In this document: positions 18,615-27,090 of the stretch, piece by piece
Numbering within the stretch: the stretch's first letter is position 1
Layout of the letters: every line of letters begins with the position of its first letter
Virus record (IMG/VR): IMGVR_UViG_3300025168_000478
Coordinates: 1 to 28,363 of that record
Source: a virus
Lineage: Duplodnaviria > Caudoviricetes
Reading direction: 5' to 3' (one strand)
DNA length: 28,363 nt
Notes under the pieces: model-generated
Told to the model about the DNA's origin: nothing
Seen by the model: only the letters and a program-made list of their open reading frames with translations
Databases searched by the model: none
Program-made: the position numbers and the translations under genes

Positions 18615-19968
18615 TAGAATTACCAGTTCTTTCAAGAGTTGTAGATCTCATTCCATCTTTTACTATTTCCATACTCATCATGTGACTTTGTTGATTAATT
18701 TTATGATTTATAGCTGTTATTAAATAGTTACCTGTGTATCTAATATCTTCATTTTCACTTGAAATGTCATTCATACCTTTTGGTGATACATCAGGATAAA
18801 TTAATTTTAACATTCTGCCAACTTCAATGTCTGTTCTTCCAGGTACAAATACTTCTAACTTTAATTGATCTAATTCTAATAAATTTGTTTTTCTATTACC
18901 ATATATTTGAGGCATTCTTTCGTTCACATTTTGTTCTATATCATGCAATCCTGGATGAATAGGATTAAATTTAATATCACTTAATGTCGATAATACTGTA
19001 TTTGGTTTAAAAAATGGAAGAGTATTATTACCTTCAGTGTGCACATAATCATCATATTTTTCTGTAGTAATATAATCAGTATTTGTTACTGTTTTATTTA
19101 CTATGTCTAATGACATTAATCTATTTGCAAAATAACCATTAGTATAATTGTCTAAATGATTAAAATTCTTTTTAATTGCCAGATCGTTAATATTAAATAC
19201 TTTTATATTATTATTTTTATTTTGTTCTAAATTGTTTATATTATATCTGTAAGTACCAATACTAGAATTTTTATTATTATTATTAATATTAAACAACAAT
19301 TCTAAATTAGTAAACATAAATGCTTTGTTTGTTTCAAAAAATAAAAAATTACATGCCTTACCTTCTTTAGGCATAGATTTTGACGCACACCAATTTATAC
19401 ATTTAAATGGTGTCCATCCTGGACTAACAAACTTAATATTATTTTCAGTTGTAGTTACAAAAAATTCTGATCCATTATCAACAAATTCATAACTATTATT
19501 GTTTTTTACTGGTGCTCTACTTATTTTTAAAAATTCATTAAATATATTTGAAACTATATCACTAGCAGTTCCCTCAAATGTTTTAAATAAAGGATTAATA
19601 GTATTTTGAATTGATTCAGCTGAAACAAAATGGGCTATATATGTTTGTGTAGCTTTATCATTTATTAGTTGTCTATCTGTAATTGAATAAATTCTAAAAA
19701 GTTTTTCAATTGAAGAATCTGATGTTGGTGTATTAATTTTTACATACAAATATTCTTCACCAATTAAATCAAACTCTTTAATTAAATTTCTACTATCCAC
19801 AAATAACATTTTACCATGCATAACTGGACTAAAAATATCTTCTTGTATAGTAATTTCTGACATATAGTCTAATACATCAATACATTTGAGTCTATTGTTA
19901 ATTAATACAAGCTCTTTAAATTCAACAGAACCAGCAGTTTGAAAAGGTACAGTTGTTTGTTGTGTCAT
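18607..19968 (-). CDS. Baseplate hub protein (gp27-like by position and motifs)
   Basis: ITIQEDIFSPVMHG, IGEE, SPGWTPFKCINW, FLFFET, VPGRTDIEVG, YTGNYLITAINH; lies between gp53 and gp5. Confidence 0.7.
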   Translation of the reverse strand: MTQQTTVPFQTAGSVEFKELVLINNRLKCIDVLDYMSEITIQEDIFSPVMHGKMLFVDSRNLIKEFDLIGEEYLYVKINTPTSDSSIEKLFRIYSITDRQLINDKATQTYIAHFVSAESIQNTINPLFKTFEGTASDIVSNIFNEFLKISRAPVKNNNSYEFVDNGSEFFVTTTENNIKFVSPGWTPFKCINWCASKSMPKEGKACNFLFFETNKAFMFTNLELLFNINNNNKNSSIGTYRYNINNLEQNKNNNIKVFNINDLAIKKNFNHLDNYTNGYFANRLMSLDIVNKTVTNTDYITTEKYDDYVHTEGNNTLPFFKPNTVLSTLSDIKFNPIHPGLHDIEQNVNERMPQIYGNRKTNLLELDQLKLEVFVPGRTDIEVGRMLKLIYPDVSPKGMNDISSENEDIRYTGNYLITAINHKINQQSHMMSMEIVKDGMRSTTLERTGNSNG

Positions 19969-20687
19969 TTATTTACTATCTGTTCAAATTCACTGACTAC
20001 TTCAGGAATTAATGATCTATTTAAAATTTTAATTAATCTTCTCGATTCGTTTTCATTATCTTCAAATGTTAAATTAGTTACTGATATACCAGATAAAATA
20101 TCAATTGAAGTTATTACTGGGTTTGCTGATGAATTAGATGATAATAATTGATCTCCTGCAATAAAACCACCATTACCAACACTAGTTAAAACAGTTAAAG
20201 TCTTATTATTTGCTGCTTTTGAAGTTATAACGCCAACACCCACATTAGTGTTATTAATTAAAGTAGTGTTATTTGATACACCTTCAAAGTTTTTAGTTGC
20301 ATCAATTGTGTCAGCATTTAAAACTATTGTTGCGCTCACAATATTGCCAGTACTATTTTCATAGTGGTGAGGAGCATTAATATTTGTGTACTTTCCTTCA
20401 GTAAACTTTTTTAAATTAAACTGATCAAGAGGCCATCCAAATCTTGGGTCAAGTATATCATTTGATTGAAGTATTATCCAATGTAAACCTGTATCACCAT
20501 AAAATTTATTAGCAGTTGATTCTGGTGTTTCCCCGTCCTTTATGTAATAGGTATCAAATAATGAACCATTAGTAACTACATTAGATAAAAACTTTGTACG
20601 TATAAAAATATTAGGTATAATTTTATTTGTTTTAAATTCATCTAACGAATAAAGAGTTAACGGTAAAGTTTGAAAATATTTAAACAT
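19965..20687 (-). CDS. gp53: Baseplate wedge subunit gp53
   Basis: YYIKDGETPESTANKFYGD..LHWIIL..N...DP...WPL (LysM-like), HHYE, E..ENESRRLIKIL. Confidence 0.9.
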   Translation of the reverse strand: MFKYFQTLPLTLYSLDEFKTNKIIPNIFIRTKFLSNVVTNGSLFDTYYIKDGETPESTANKFYGDTGLHWIILQSNDILDPRFGWPLDQFNLKKFTEGKYTNINAPHHYENSTGNIVSATIVLNADTIDATKNFEGVSNNTTLINNTNVGVGVITSKAANNKTLTVLTSVGNGGFIAGDQLLSSNSSANPVITSIDILSGISVTNLTFEDNENESRRLIKILNRSLIPEVVSEFEQIVNK

Positions 20688-21907
20688 TAGTAACCTTTTG
20701 AAGTAATGTTTTCTTTAGTAAGAAGTTCAATTTCTTTAAATCTTAATGTCATATTTACTTCTACTGGTTCGCCATTTTCAAATGTAGCAAATATATCACC
20801 TCCATATTCTACATTCATATCTTCCAAAACACAAGTTGATATTTTATTAAAAAATGGATTTTCTTTTGTTCTGTAATAGTACTTAATATCAAATTCAGAA
20901 GGATATAAAAACATTAAGTTTTTTTCGCCAACTAATTCTGGATGCATATGAAACTTAAATAATTCTATTATATTTTTTACACTAGCAACTTCATTTTGAT
21001 TTTTTGGCATAAAAGTATGTCTAAAATTAAATGTTCTGAAATCTACTCTTTCAAAAAATTGTTCTCTAAATGGATTTGTTGTATTTTTTATACCACTTTC
21101 TAATAATCTTCTTGTATTAAGCGTACCACCAAAAGATCCACCTAAACCTCCAACTGTATTAAGTAGTTGCAAGGCAGCTGGCGCACCAACTTGTTTTGCA
21201 AGTTCTGTAATACTTTCTAAATTATTTAATTGTGAAACATCTGTTGTTCCTAATAAACCTCCTAAAATTCCTACTGCATCATCTGTATATTGTGTAGAAT
21301 AGTTTACTGCTGGTCTATCTTGTATATGTAATGTAACAACATCAGATATTCTTCTGGGTATGTCTTCTTTAATATCATCAAAAACGTCACCAAGTTCTTT
21401 GGTTGCTTGTTCACTTAATAATCCTCCTCCAACAGCTCCTCCAGTACCTCCTAGCAATGCGCCTAAACCAGATCTATTTGCTAAACCAATAGCAGCAAAT
21501 GTAATGGCACCCACTTTACCTGCTCCTGCTATTTTTCCTGCTTCTTCAGATTTTGCAGCTTCAAGTTGAGTCTGTCTTGGTGTTAATTCACCAGGCACTA
21601 TACTACTTTTTAGATCTTCTCTTATCTTAGACTTTGATCCTTGTAAAAATTTACTTTTACCTCTCATGTTTATAAAAAAACGAATATAGTGTTGCTTATC
21701 CATATCTGAACCAATACCGTCTGGATAAGCTGCTTCAGTAAAATTGTAATTAGCGGCCCTCACAGTTATTGGCTCTAATTGTACATCATCTCCATTATTA
21801 TTTAAACTTTGTAAAGATTCACTGTTGTCACCAGGATTATCAATTAAACTTGACCCTCCAAAGTTTAATTTTTCATTAATTCCGCTACCACCCATAACAG
21901 TTGCCAT
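20687..21907 (-). CDS. gp48: Baseplate tail-tube cap gp48
   Basis: NPFREQFFERVDFRTFNF..FMPKN..E..IIELFKFHMHPE, YPSEFDI, ISTCVL..MNVEY, MTLRFKEIELLTK. Confidence 0.88.
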   Translation of the reverse strand: MATVMGGSGINEKLNFGGSSLIDNPGDNSESLQSLNNNGDDVQLEPITVRAANYNFTEAAYPDGIGSDMDKQHYIRFFINMRGKSKFLQGSKSKIREDLKSSIVPGELTPRQTQLEAAKSEEAGKIAGAGKVGAITFAAIGLANRSGLGALLGGTGGAVGGGLLSEQATKELGDVFDDIKEDIPRRISDVVTLHIQDRPAVNYSTQYTDDAVGILGGLLGTTDVSQLNNLESITELAKQVGAPAALQLLNTVGGLGGSFGGTLNTRRLLESGIKNTTNPFREQFFERVDFRTFNFRHTFMPKNQNEVASVKNIIELFKFHMHPELVGEKNLMFLYPSEFDIKYYYRTKENPFFNKISTCVLEDMNVEYGGDIFATFENGEPVEVNMTLRFKEIELLTKENITSKGY

Positions 21908-21919
21908 TTATGGATCCTT

Positions 21920-21927
21920 TATAAATA
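21920..21927 (+). promoter_or_regulatory. T4-type late promoter TATAAATA
   Basis: Perfect consensus in the divergent gp48/gp4 gap, 21 nt before the gp4 ATG; gp33 is encoded in the same window. Confidence 0.8.
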
Positions 21928-21943
21928 GTTATTTAATTTATAT

Positions 21944-21951
21944 TATTTATG
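21944..21951 (-). promoter_or_regulatory. Candidate divergent late promoter (CATAAATA) for the baseplate operon
   Basis: 7/8 match on the minus strand, overlapping the gp4 start codon and upstream of gp48. Confidence 0.55.
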
Positions 21952-22407
21952 GTATATAAAGAAACTTATAAAGGTAGATACAAAGTAGCTAACCCTAAAA
22001 AGTACAAAGGTGATTTACAAGAAGTTGTATACAGGTCTTCTTGGGAATTAAAATTTATGAGGTGGTGTGATCATAATAAGAATGTACTTGAGTGGGGATC
22101 AGAGACTACTATAATTCCGTATCGATCTCCTGTTGATAGTAAATTACATAGATATTTTGTTGATTTTTACATTAAAATAAGAAATAATAATAATAAAATT
22201 AACAAATTTCTTGTTGAAATAAAACCCGAAAAGTTTACTAAGCCTCCAGTTATTCCAAAGAAAAAAACTAAAAGGTTTATACAGGAAGTATTTAATTATG
22301 GAACCAACCAAGCTAAATGGAAACAAGCTAACGAATACTGTTTAGATAGAGGTTGGGAATTTTTAGTGCTCACAGAAAAGGATTTGGGTATAGAACAATA
22401 TGGTTGA
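21949..22407 (+). CDS. gp4: Head completion protein gp4 (TnsA-like nuclease fold)
   Basis: NPKKYKGD..VVYRSSWELKFMRWCD, W.SE..IPY.SP.D..HRYFVDF, LVEIKP, NQAKWKQA, LTEKDL. Confidence 0.93.
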   Translation: MVYKETYKGRYKVANPKKYKGDLQEVVYRSSWELKFMRWCDHNKNVLEWGSETTIIPYRSPVDSKLHRYFVDFYIKIRNNNNKINKFLVEIKPEKFTKPPVIPKKKTKRFIQEVFNYGTNQAKWKQANEYCLDRGWEFLVLTEKDLGIEQYG

Positions 22408-22981
22408 TATATTAGAAAAAATAGGACAAATACAAGAAGCCACTAAAAGTGAAATAAAACCTGTGAGTTGGTATCAAGGTCAAATTAGACAATTGGGATT
22501 GAATACTATTAACACTCAAAAAATGATACAATCAGGCAAATTAACTACAAGAGTTATACCTGGTTATATGTACTTATTTAAATACGATCCAAAAGATAAA
22601 GATCTTCCCTACTATGATATGTATCCACTCGTTATTCCATTCAGAAGAGTAAATACTGGTTTTTTTGGTGTAAATTTTCACTATCTACCTTACATGATTA
22701 GATTAAATATATTAAAGGAATTTGAAAAATATGCAACAAATAAAAATATACCTGAAAAAACAAGAATAAGATTAAATTATAGGTTGATGGAAACAAGCAG
22801 AGTTTTTAGATTTGTTAAGCCTGCTATAAGACAATACAGTAATCAACAAATGAGATCAAGATTATTAACAATACCGTTTAACGATTGGAAAGTAGCATCA
22901 CAGCTACCTGTACAAAAGTTTAGAAAAGCAACAATGGAAAAAGCAATAAGAGATACAATTAAAAAATCTAGGATAAGGTAA
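22400..22981 (+). CDS. gp2: DNA end protector gp2
   Basis: PGYMYLFKYDPKDK.LPYYDMYPLV, GFFGVNFHYLP..R, W..ASQLPVQKF. Confidence 0.92.
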   Translation: MVDILEKIGQIQEATKSEIKPVSWYQGQIRQLGLNTINTQKMIQSGKLTTRVIPGYMYLFKYDPKDKDLPYYDMYPLVIPFRRVNTGFFGVNFHYLPYMIRLNILKEFEKYATNKNIPEKTRIRLNYRLMETSRVFRFVKPAIRQYSNQQMRSRLLTIPFNDWKVASQLPVQKFRKATMEKAIRDTIKKSRIR

Positions 22982-23709
22982 TGAGTATAGGAGCATTTTC
23001 ACAATTTCAATTAAGTAACTTTCAATCAGAAGTACTTGGTAGAGGATTAGCTCGTCCAAATAGATTTGAAGTTATAATTCCTAGACCAGCTATCTTAAAT
23101 AGACGCAGTCAACAATTAGGATTTAATGGAGGAATAGTAGGAGGCGAAAGAATTGGAACTGCTACTATTCCACCACAAAGAATATCAATATTATGTGAAC
23201 AAGCAGCATTTCCATTATTTAATATAAATGTTAAACCTTATAGAATATACGGCACACCATATCAAAGACCTGTTACTTCAGATTATGGTGGCGATGGTTT
23301 ACCAATGACCTTTCACGTAGATAGAGCTATGACAGTAAAAAGATTCTTCGAAGATTGGGGCAGGTTTATTATTAATAGAGATACATTTAATGTTGCATTT
23401 CAAGATCAATATGCGGTAGATATTGAAATTTACCAATTAGACGAATTTAATAAAAGAACATATGGTGTAAAACTAATAGATGCATTCCCAAGAAGTCAAA
23501 ATCAAATGGAACTGAATATGGGAGCTCAAAATCAAACACATAGATTAATAGTATTGTTTTCATATAGAAAATGGATTTTTGTGAATGAAAATTCGAATAC
23601 TCAATCACTTTTACCCAGAGGAGAACAAGTTACTCAACATGTAGTAGGTGAAACTGTTATAACAAGAACTGAAACCAACGCAGGAGTAACAACATTCTTT
23701 GGACCATAA
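22981..23709 (+). CDS. Tail-tube-fold protein (gp54 initiator / gp19-like)
   Basis: GLARPNRFEV, LCEQAAFP, MTFHVD..VKRFFEDW, IEIYQLD, VKLIDAFP, V.FSYRKW. Confidence 0.8.
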   Translation: MSIGAFSQFQLSNFQSEVLGRGLARPNRFEVIIPRPAILNRRSQQLGFNGGIVGGERIGTATIPPQRISILCEQAAFPLFNINVKPYRIYGTPYQRPVTSDYGGDGLPMTFHVDRAMTVKRFFEDWGRFIINRDTFNVAFQDQYAVDIEIYQLDEFNKRTYGVKLIDAFPRSQNQMELNMGAQNQTHRLIVLFSYRKWIFVNENSNTQSLLPRGEQVTQHVVGETVITRTETNAGVTTFFGP

Positions 23710-23724
23710 TAATGGAGATATAAT

Positions 23725-24423
23725 ATGGCATTACCTGTTTTAGAAACGCCAACATTTGAACTGATATTACCATCTACAAAACAAACAATAAAGTTTAGAC
23801 CTTTTTTAGTTAAAGAACATAAGATATTACTTAGCTTAGAAAAAACTGGTGCTAAGAATATTGTAAAAACCGTCAAAGATTTAATTGATGTTTGTACTTT
23901 TAACAAATTAGATGTTGATAAGTTGCCTAATTATGACGTTGAATATTTATTTTTAAATCTAAGAGCAAAATCTATAGGTGAATTAGTTGATGTAAATATC
24001 ACATGTGTTTGTGATGAAAAAATAAAAGCATTTGTTGATCTTAGCAAAATAAAAATAGAAAACGAAAGTAAAATTAATTCTAATATAATTGATTTGGGCG
24101 ATAATTTAAAAGCTAAATTACGATATCCTAACTTTGATGAAATGATGGGAATATATGAAAATATAGATACGGAAAAAGTATTTGAAGTTATTGGGAAATG
24201 TGTAGATGAAATACATGAGGGCGATAAAATTCATAATAAATTTACATCTGAAGAACTAAATACTTTTATATTAAGTCTAACAAAAAAACAATTTAGTAAT
24301 ATTGAAGAATTTTTTGTGAATTTACCTAAAGTAACATATGATGATGAAGTAACATGTAAAAAAGCTGATTGTGGTAATATTAATAAAATAAGATTGGAGG
24401 GTATTGAGCATTTTTTTATATAA
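23725..24423 (+). CDS. gp26: Baseplate hub assembly protein gp26
   Basis: MALP.LETPTFEL.LPST...IKFRPFLVKEHKILL, DVEYLFLNLRAKSIGE, LRYP, QF..IEEFF..LPK, LEG...FF; GGAG RBS. Confidence 0.92.
   Translation: MALPVLETPTFELILPSTKQTIKFRPFLVKEHKILLSLEKTGAKNIVKTVKDLIDVCTFNKLDVDKLPNYDVEYLFLNLRAKSIGELVDVNITCVCDEKIKAFVDLSKIKIENESKINSNIIDLGDNLKAKLRYPNFDEMMGIYENIDTEKVFEVIGKCVDEIHEGDKIHNKFTSEELNTFILSLTKKQFSNIEEFFVNLPKVTYDDEVTCKKADCGNINKIRLEGIEHFFI
24396..24417 (+). promoter_or_regulatory. Candidate programmed -1 ribosomal frameshift signal (internal SD plus slippery heptamer)
   Basis: GGAGG (24396-24400), a 10-nt spacer, then T TTT TTT (24411-24417) in X XXY YYZ phase relative to the gp26 frame, one codon before its TAA. 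Confidence 0.7.
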
Positions 24424-24623
24424 CTCTTTCTCATAACGACCTAATTGAATACTATCAATTAAATTTTCAATTAATGCAGCATCACAAATATTCATTAGGA
24501 GAATTAGAAAATATGATACCATGGGAAAGAGAAGTTTATGTTGGATTGTTAATTCAATACCTAAAAGAAAAAGAAGAACGGGAAAAAATTGTAGCTCAAA
24601 ATCAAAAACATCACAATGGATAA
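24417..24623 (+). CDS. gp51: gp51-like baseplate hub assembly catalyst reading frame (-1 relative to gp26)
   Basis: Not in the ORF track. YITLSHNDLIEYYQLNFQLMQHHKYSLGELENMIPWEREVYVGLLIQYLKEKEE...HNG*; MQHHKYSL.ELE.MIPWER..YV is the gp51-like signature. The first ATG is at 24474 and lacks an SD. Confidence 0.85.
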   Translation, partial: YITLSHNDLIEYYQLNFQLMQHHKYSLGELENMIPWEREVYVGLLIQYLKEKEEREKIVAQNQKHHNG

Positions 24624-25896
24624 ATTTAAAGAATCACTCACCAATATACTTAAATCTATGGTTCCTTCAAAAGAATCGCGTCAAGATACTGTAGATAAAT
24701 TTAAATCCGCCTTTAGAACAGATCCTACAAAAATTCTAACTGAAATTTCTAAAACTTCAAAAAAATCATTTGTTTTATTGCAAGCTATCCAAGAAAATAT
24801 CGATAGAATGCGTGAGATTATGGATGATAGTAAAGAAGATAAAAAAGGAGGTTTTCTTTCCAAATTAATAAAAGGGATATTATCTGCTTTAGGAATAACA
24901 TTATTATTTAAAAGTATAACTAGTCTTTTATCAAAATTTCCAGTTGTTGCAGGACAGGCTATAAAAGGAGCATTTAAAGGATTAGGAAAACTTATTACTG
25001 TTGGTGTCGTAGCTGGTTTATCTGGCATTGTAGCTGTTTTAAAAGGATTAACAAGTGGCTTAGCTAAAATGTTAGGACTTAAATTACCTACAACAACACC
25101 TAATATAAATCCTAATTCTAAATCTAGTCCAAGTGCAAGAGCAGCTACTACAGGTCCTCTCACATCACAAACTAGTAAATTAAATCCACCAAATAAATCG
25201 AGTATTATAACCAGTTCTTCTGGTCCACAATCCCGTGTTAACAAACCTGGTGCTATTGTAATTCCAGCATCCTCAAAAGCTAGATCGCAGGTTCAACAAT
25301 CATCCATGAAAGCAGCTGCTACAGGTCCTCTTAAACCAGATGCCAAAGACGTAGCTAAGTTATCAGCTAAATCTTTAGGAAAATCAGCTTTGAAAAAAAT
25401 ACCTGGTTTAGGACTGCTCGCTGGAATAGCTTTTGGAGTAGATAGAGCCATGGGTGGTGATTTAAAAGGTGCAGGCATGGAAGTAACATCCGGATTAGCT
25501 GGATTATTTCCTGGTTTTGGAACTGCTGCAAGTATTGCAACAGATGCTGCTTTACTAAAACATGATTTGGATAGAGGTAGTGATAGTACTAAAGTAGAAG
25601 TAGCAAAAGATACAATGAACCAAGTAAATCCTAATATAACCAATCAAGGTGTTGGCGTTGCTTCTCCTGTGATGGTAAATCAAAGAAGTAGTTCTAAAAC
25701 TATCAAAGATTCACAAACTCAAACTGAAGTATTAAATACTACTAGTCAAAATGGAACACCATTGACTGTTGTTAATAATAATACAAATAATGTGGCAAAT
25801 AATAATACTACAGTAGCAAATAAAACTAAACCAAGAAATACTGAAAGTGCATTAGAAAGAGAAATATCAAGACATTCTAATCTTGGAATTGCATAA
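24616..25896 (+). CDS. Putative tape-measure / gp29-like protein
   Basis: Position after gp26/51; Gly/Ala/Leu/Lys-rich hydrophobic helices; KKIPGLGLLAGIAFGVDRAMGGDLKGAGMEV..G...PGFGTAASIA.D motif; Asn/Thr-rich C-terminus. Confidence 0.65.
   Translation: MDKFKESLTNILKSMVPSKESRQDTVDKFKSAFRTDPTKILTEISKTSKKSFVLLQAIQENIDRMREIMDDSKEDKKGGFLSKLIKGILSALGITLLFKSITSLLSKFPVVAGQAIKGAFKGLGKLITVGVVAGLSGIVAVLKGLTSGLAKMLGLKLPTTTPNINPNSKSSPSARAATTGPLTSQTSKLNPPNKSSIITSSSGPQSRVNKPGAIVIPASSKARSQVQQSSMKAAATGPLKPDAKDVAKLSAKSLGKSALKKIPGLGLLAGIAFGVDRAMGGDLKGAGMEVTSGLAGLFPGFGTAASIATDAALLKHDLDRGSDSTKVEVAKDTMNQVNPNITNQGVGVASPVMVNQRSSSKTIKDSQTQTEVLNTTSQNGTPLTVVNNNTNNVANNNTTVANKTKPRNTESALEREISRHSNLGIA
25140..25331 (+). 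repeat. 21-nt direct repeat with 1 mismatch (AATTGPL / AAATGPL)
   Basis: agcagctactacaggtcctct at 25140-25160 and agcagctgctacaggtcctct at 25311-25331. Confidence 0.7.
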
Positions 25897-25922
25897 AAAA
25901 AAGGGCCTTTCGGCCCTTTCTT
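25895..25922. terminator. Bidirectional rho-independent terminator
   Basis: AAAGGGCC-TTTC-GGCCCTTT hairpin (25900-25919) between convergent genes. On the minus strand it has a GAAA loop and an 8-U tract; on the plus strand it is followed by TTTCTT. Confidence 0.9.
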
Positions 25923-26814
25923 AATCTTCGTTTGCTAACTTAGCAAAATAACTCAACGATTCATCTACATCCTCTTCAACCTTTGGTGTGGGCTTAGAAA
26001 CAGGCGCTAAGACAGGTTTAGGTCGATCTAAGTCAACGTCTTCAGCCTTTCTTAAACTAGCACCAGAGGCAGTTAAAACCATCTCTAATTTCTTTTTAAG
26101 GTCTTCATAACTTTTAAAGTTTTTAGGATCAGTAAACTCAACTAACGAGTGCTGATTGTTCCAAGTAGTTTCAAGCGCTTCATCATCATCTAACAACTTA
26201 GCTATTGAATCAAACTCAGACTTATCATAATTACGATAGCCTTCAACGTTTCTAATCTTCAACTTGAAGTTAGCACCCTTCCAAAAATCAAATGGATTTA
26301 CTGGATCCTCATCTTCAAACTGAGGCTGCATAACATCTTTAATTTTATCAAAGATTTTTTTACCATACTTGTATAGAAATGGTTTACCTTCATTCTGTGG
26401 ATTAGAAGGATCTTTAACAACTACAATATTAGAAATGTAAGTAAGTTTACGTTTCTGTCTACGAGCTGTCTCTTTATCTTTCTCTTCTCCAGTATGCCAA
26501 AGTTCTGTATTTAATTCAGAAACTGGATCTGGTTTATTGAGTGTGGTTAAAGAATTTTCTATATACCACTTGCCAGTTGAAGGACTTTGAAATGCATGAT
26601 GCCACACACGAGCCCAAGGTAGCTCTTCGCCTTTAGGAGGTGGAAGGAATCTAATAACAGCATAACCATTACCAGACTTATCTACTTCAGGTTGCCAGAA
26701 GCGCTCGTCTTTTTGTCTGCCTTCTGTAGAGGGTGTGTTAATCTTTTCAACTTCTTGCATTAAGTCATCAAAATTACCACGGTTCTTTTTTAAAGCACTA
26801 AAATCTAAAGCCAT
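25921..26814 (-). CDS. gp32: Single-stranded DNA-binding protein gp32
   Basis: DERFWQPEVDKSGNGYAVIRFLP, WYIENSLTT, KRKL.Y.SNI.VVKDP, YKYGKKIFDKI, PFDFWKGANFKLKIR.VEGYRNYDKSEF, LSYFAKLA. Confidence 0.97.
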   Translation of the reverse strand: MALDFSALKKNRGNFDDLMQEVEKINTPSTEGRQKDERFWQPEVDKSGNGYAVIRFLPPPKGEELPWARVWHHAFQSPSTGKWYIENSLTTLNKPDPVSELNTELWHTGEEKDKETARRQKRKLTYISNIVVVKDPSNPQNEGKPFLYKYGKKIFDKIKDVMQPQFEDEDPVNPFDFWKGANFKLKIRNVEGYRNYDKSEFDSIAKLLDDDEALETTWNNQHSLVEFTDPKNFKSYEDLKKKLEMVLTASGASLRKAEDVDLDRPKPVLAPVSKPTPKVEEDVDESLSYFAKLANED

Positions 26815-26851
26815 GTATATCTCCGTATAAATTGTATGTTAGTATATTTTA

Positions 26852-26880
26852 ATAGTATCATAATATAAAAAAAACTTCAA
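26852..26880 (-). promoter_or_regulatory. Sigma70-type promoter for gp32
   Basis: Minus strand reads TTGAAG, a 17-nt spacer ending in TGA, then TACTAT (extended -10); GGAG RBS at 26821-26824. Confidence 0.75.
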
Positions 26881-26883
26881 GTG

Positions 26884-27090
26884 TTACTTAAGATTAGCAT
26901 CAACGGCAACAAAAGGCCATTGAACCATTCTTCGAGACATCTCATTTTGAATGTGTGCCATTTTAGTTAGCACACGTTGAGTGTCTCTTATCTGGCCATT
27001 GAGCAAATGTATTGTCTCTTGTGCAATAGCCAAATCTTTTTGCAACTCAGACACTTTATGTTCTAAGTCTTTCTTTGAGTGTTCTGACAT
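26884..27090 (-). CDS. Hypothetical coiled-coil protein (68 aa)
   Basis: Heptad-rich ORF ending QWPFVAV; co-oriented between gp59 and gp32. Confidence 0.7.
   Translation of the reverse strand: MSEHSKKDLEHKVSELQKDLAIAQETIHLLNGQIRDTQRVLTKMAHIQNEMSRRMVQWPFVAVDANLK

Noticed and set aside
1828-21569. Many 67-144 aa plus-strand ORFs inside the baseplate operon
   Set aside because: All overlap conserved minus-strand genes, mostly in the mirror frame, with no recognisable motifs.
21949-22407. TnsA-like nuclease motifs suggesting a transposon or homing endonuclease
   Set aside because: Sequence and synteny (next to gp2, divergent from gp48) identify it as core head-completion gp4; no terminal repeats were seen.
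22144-25643. Minus-strand ORFs opposite gp4, gp26 and the tape-measure-like gene (including the 187-aa and 116-aa ones)
   Set aside because: Antisense shadows with no supporting motifs.
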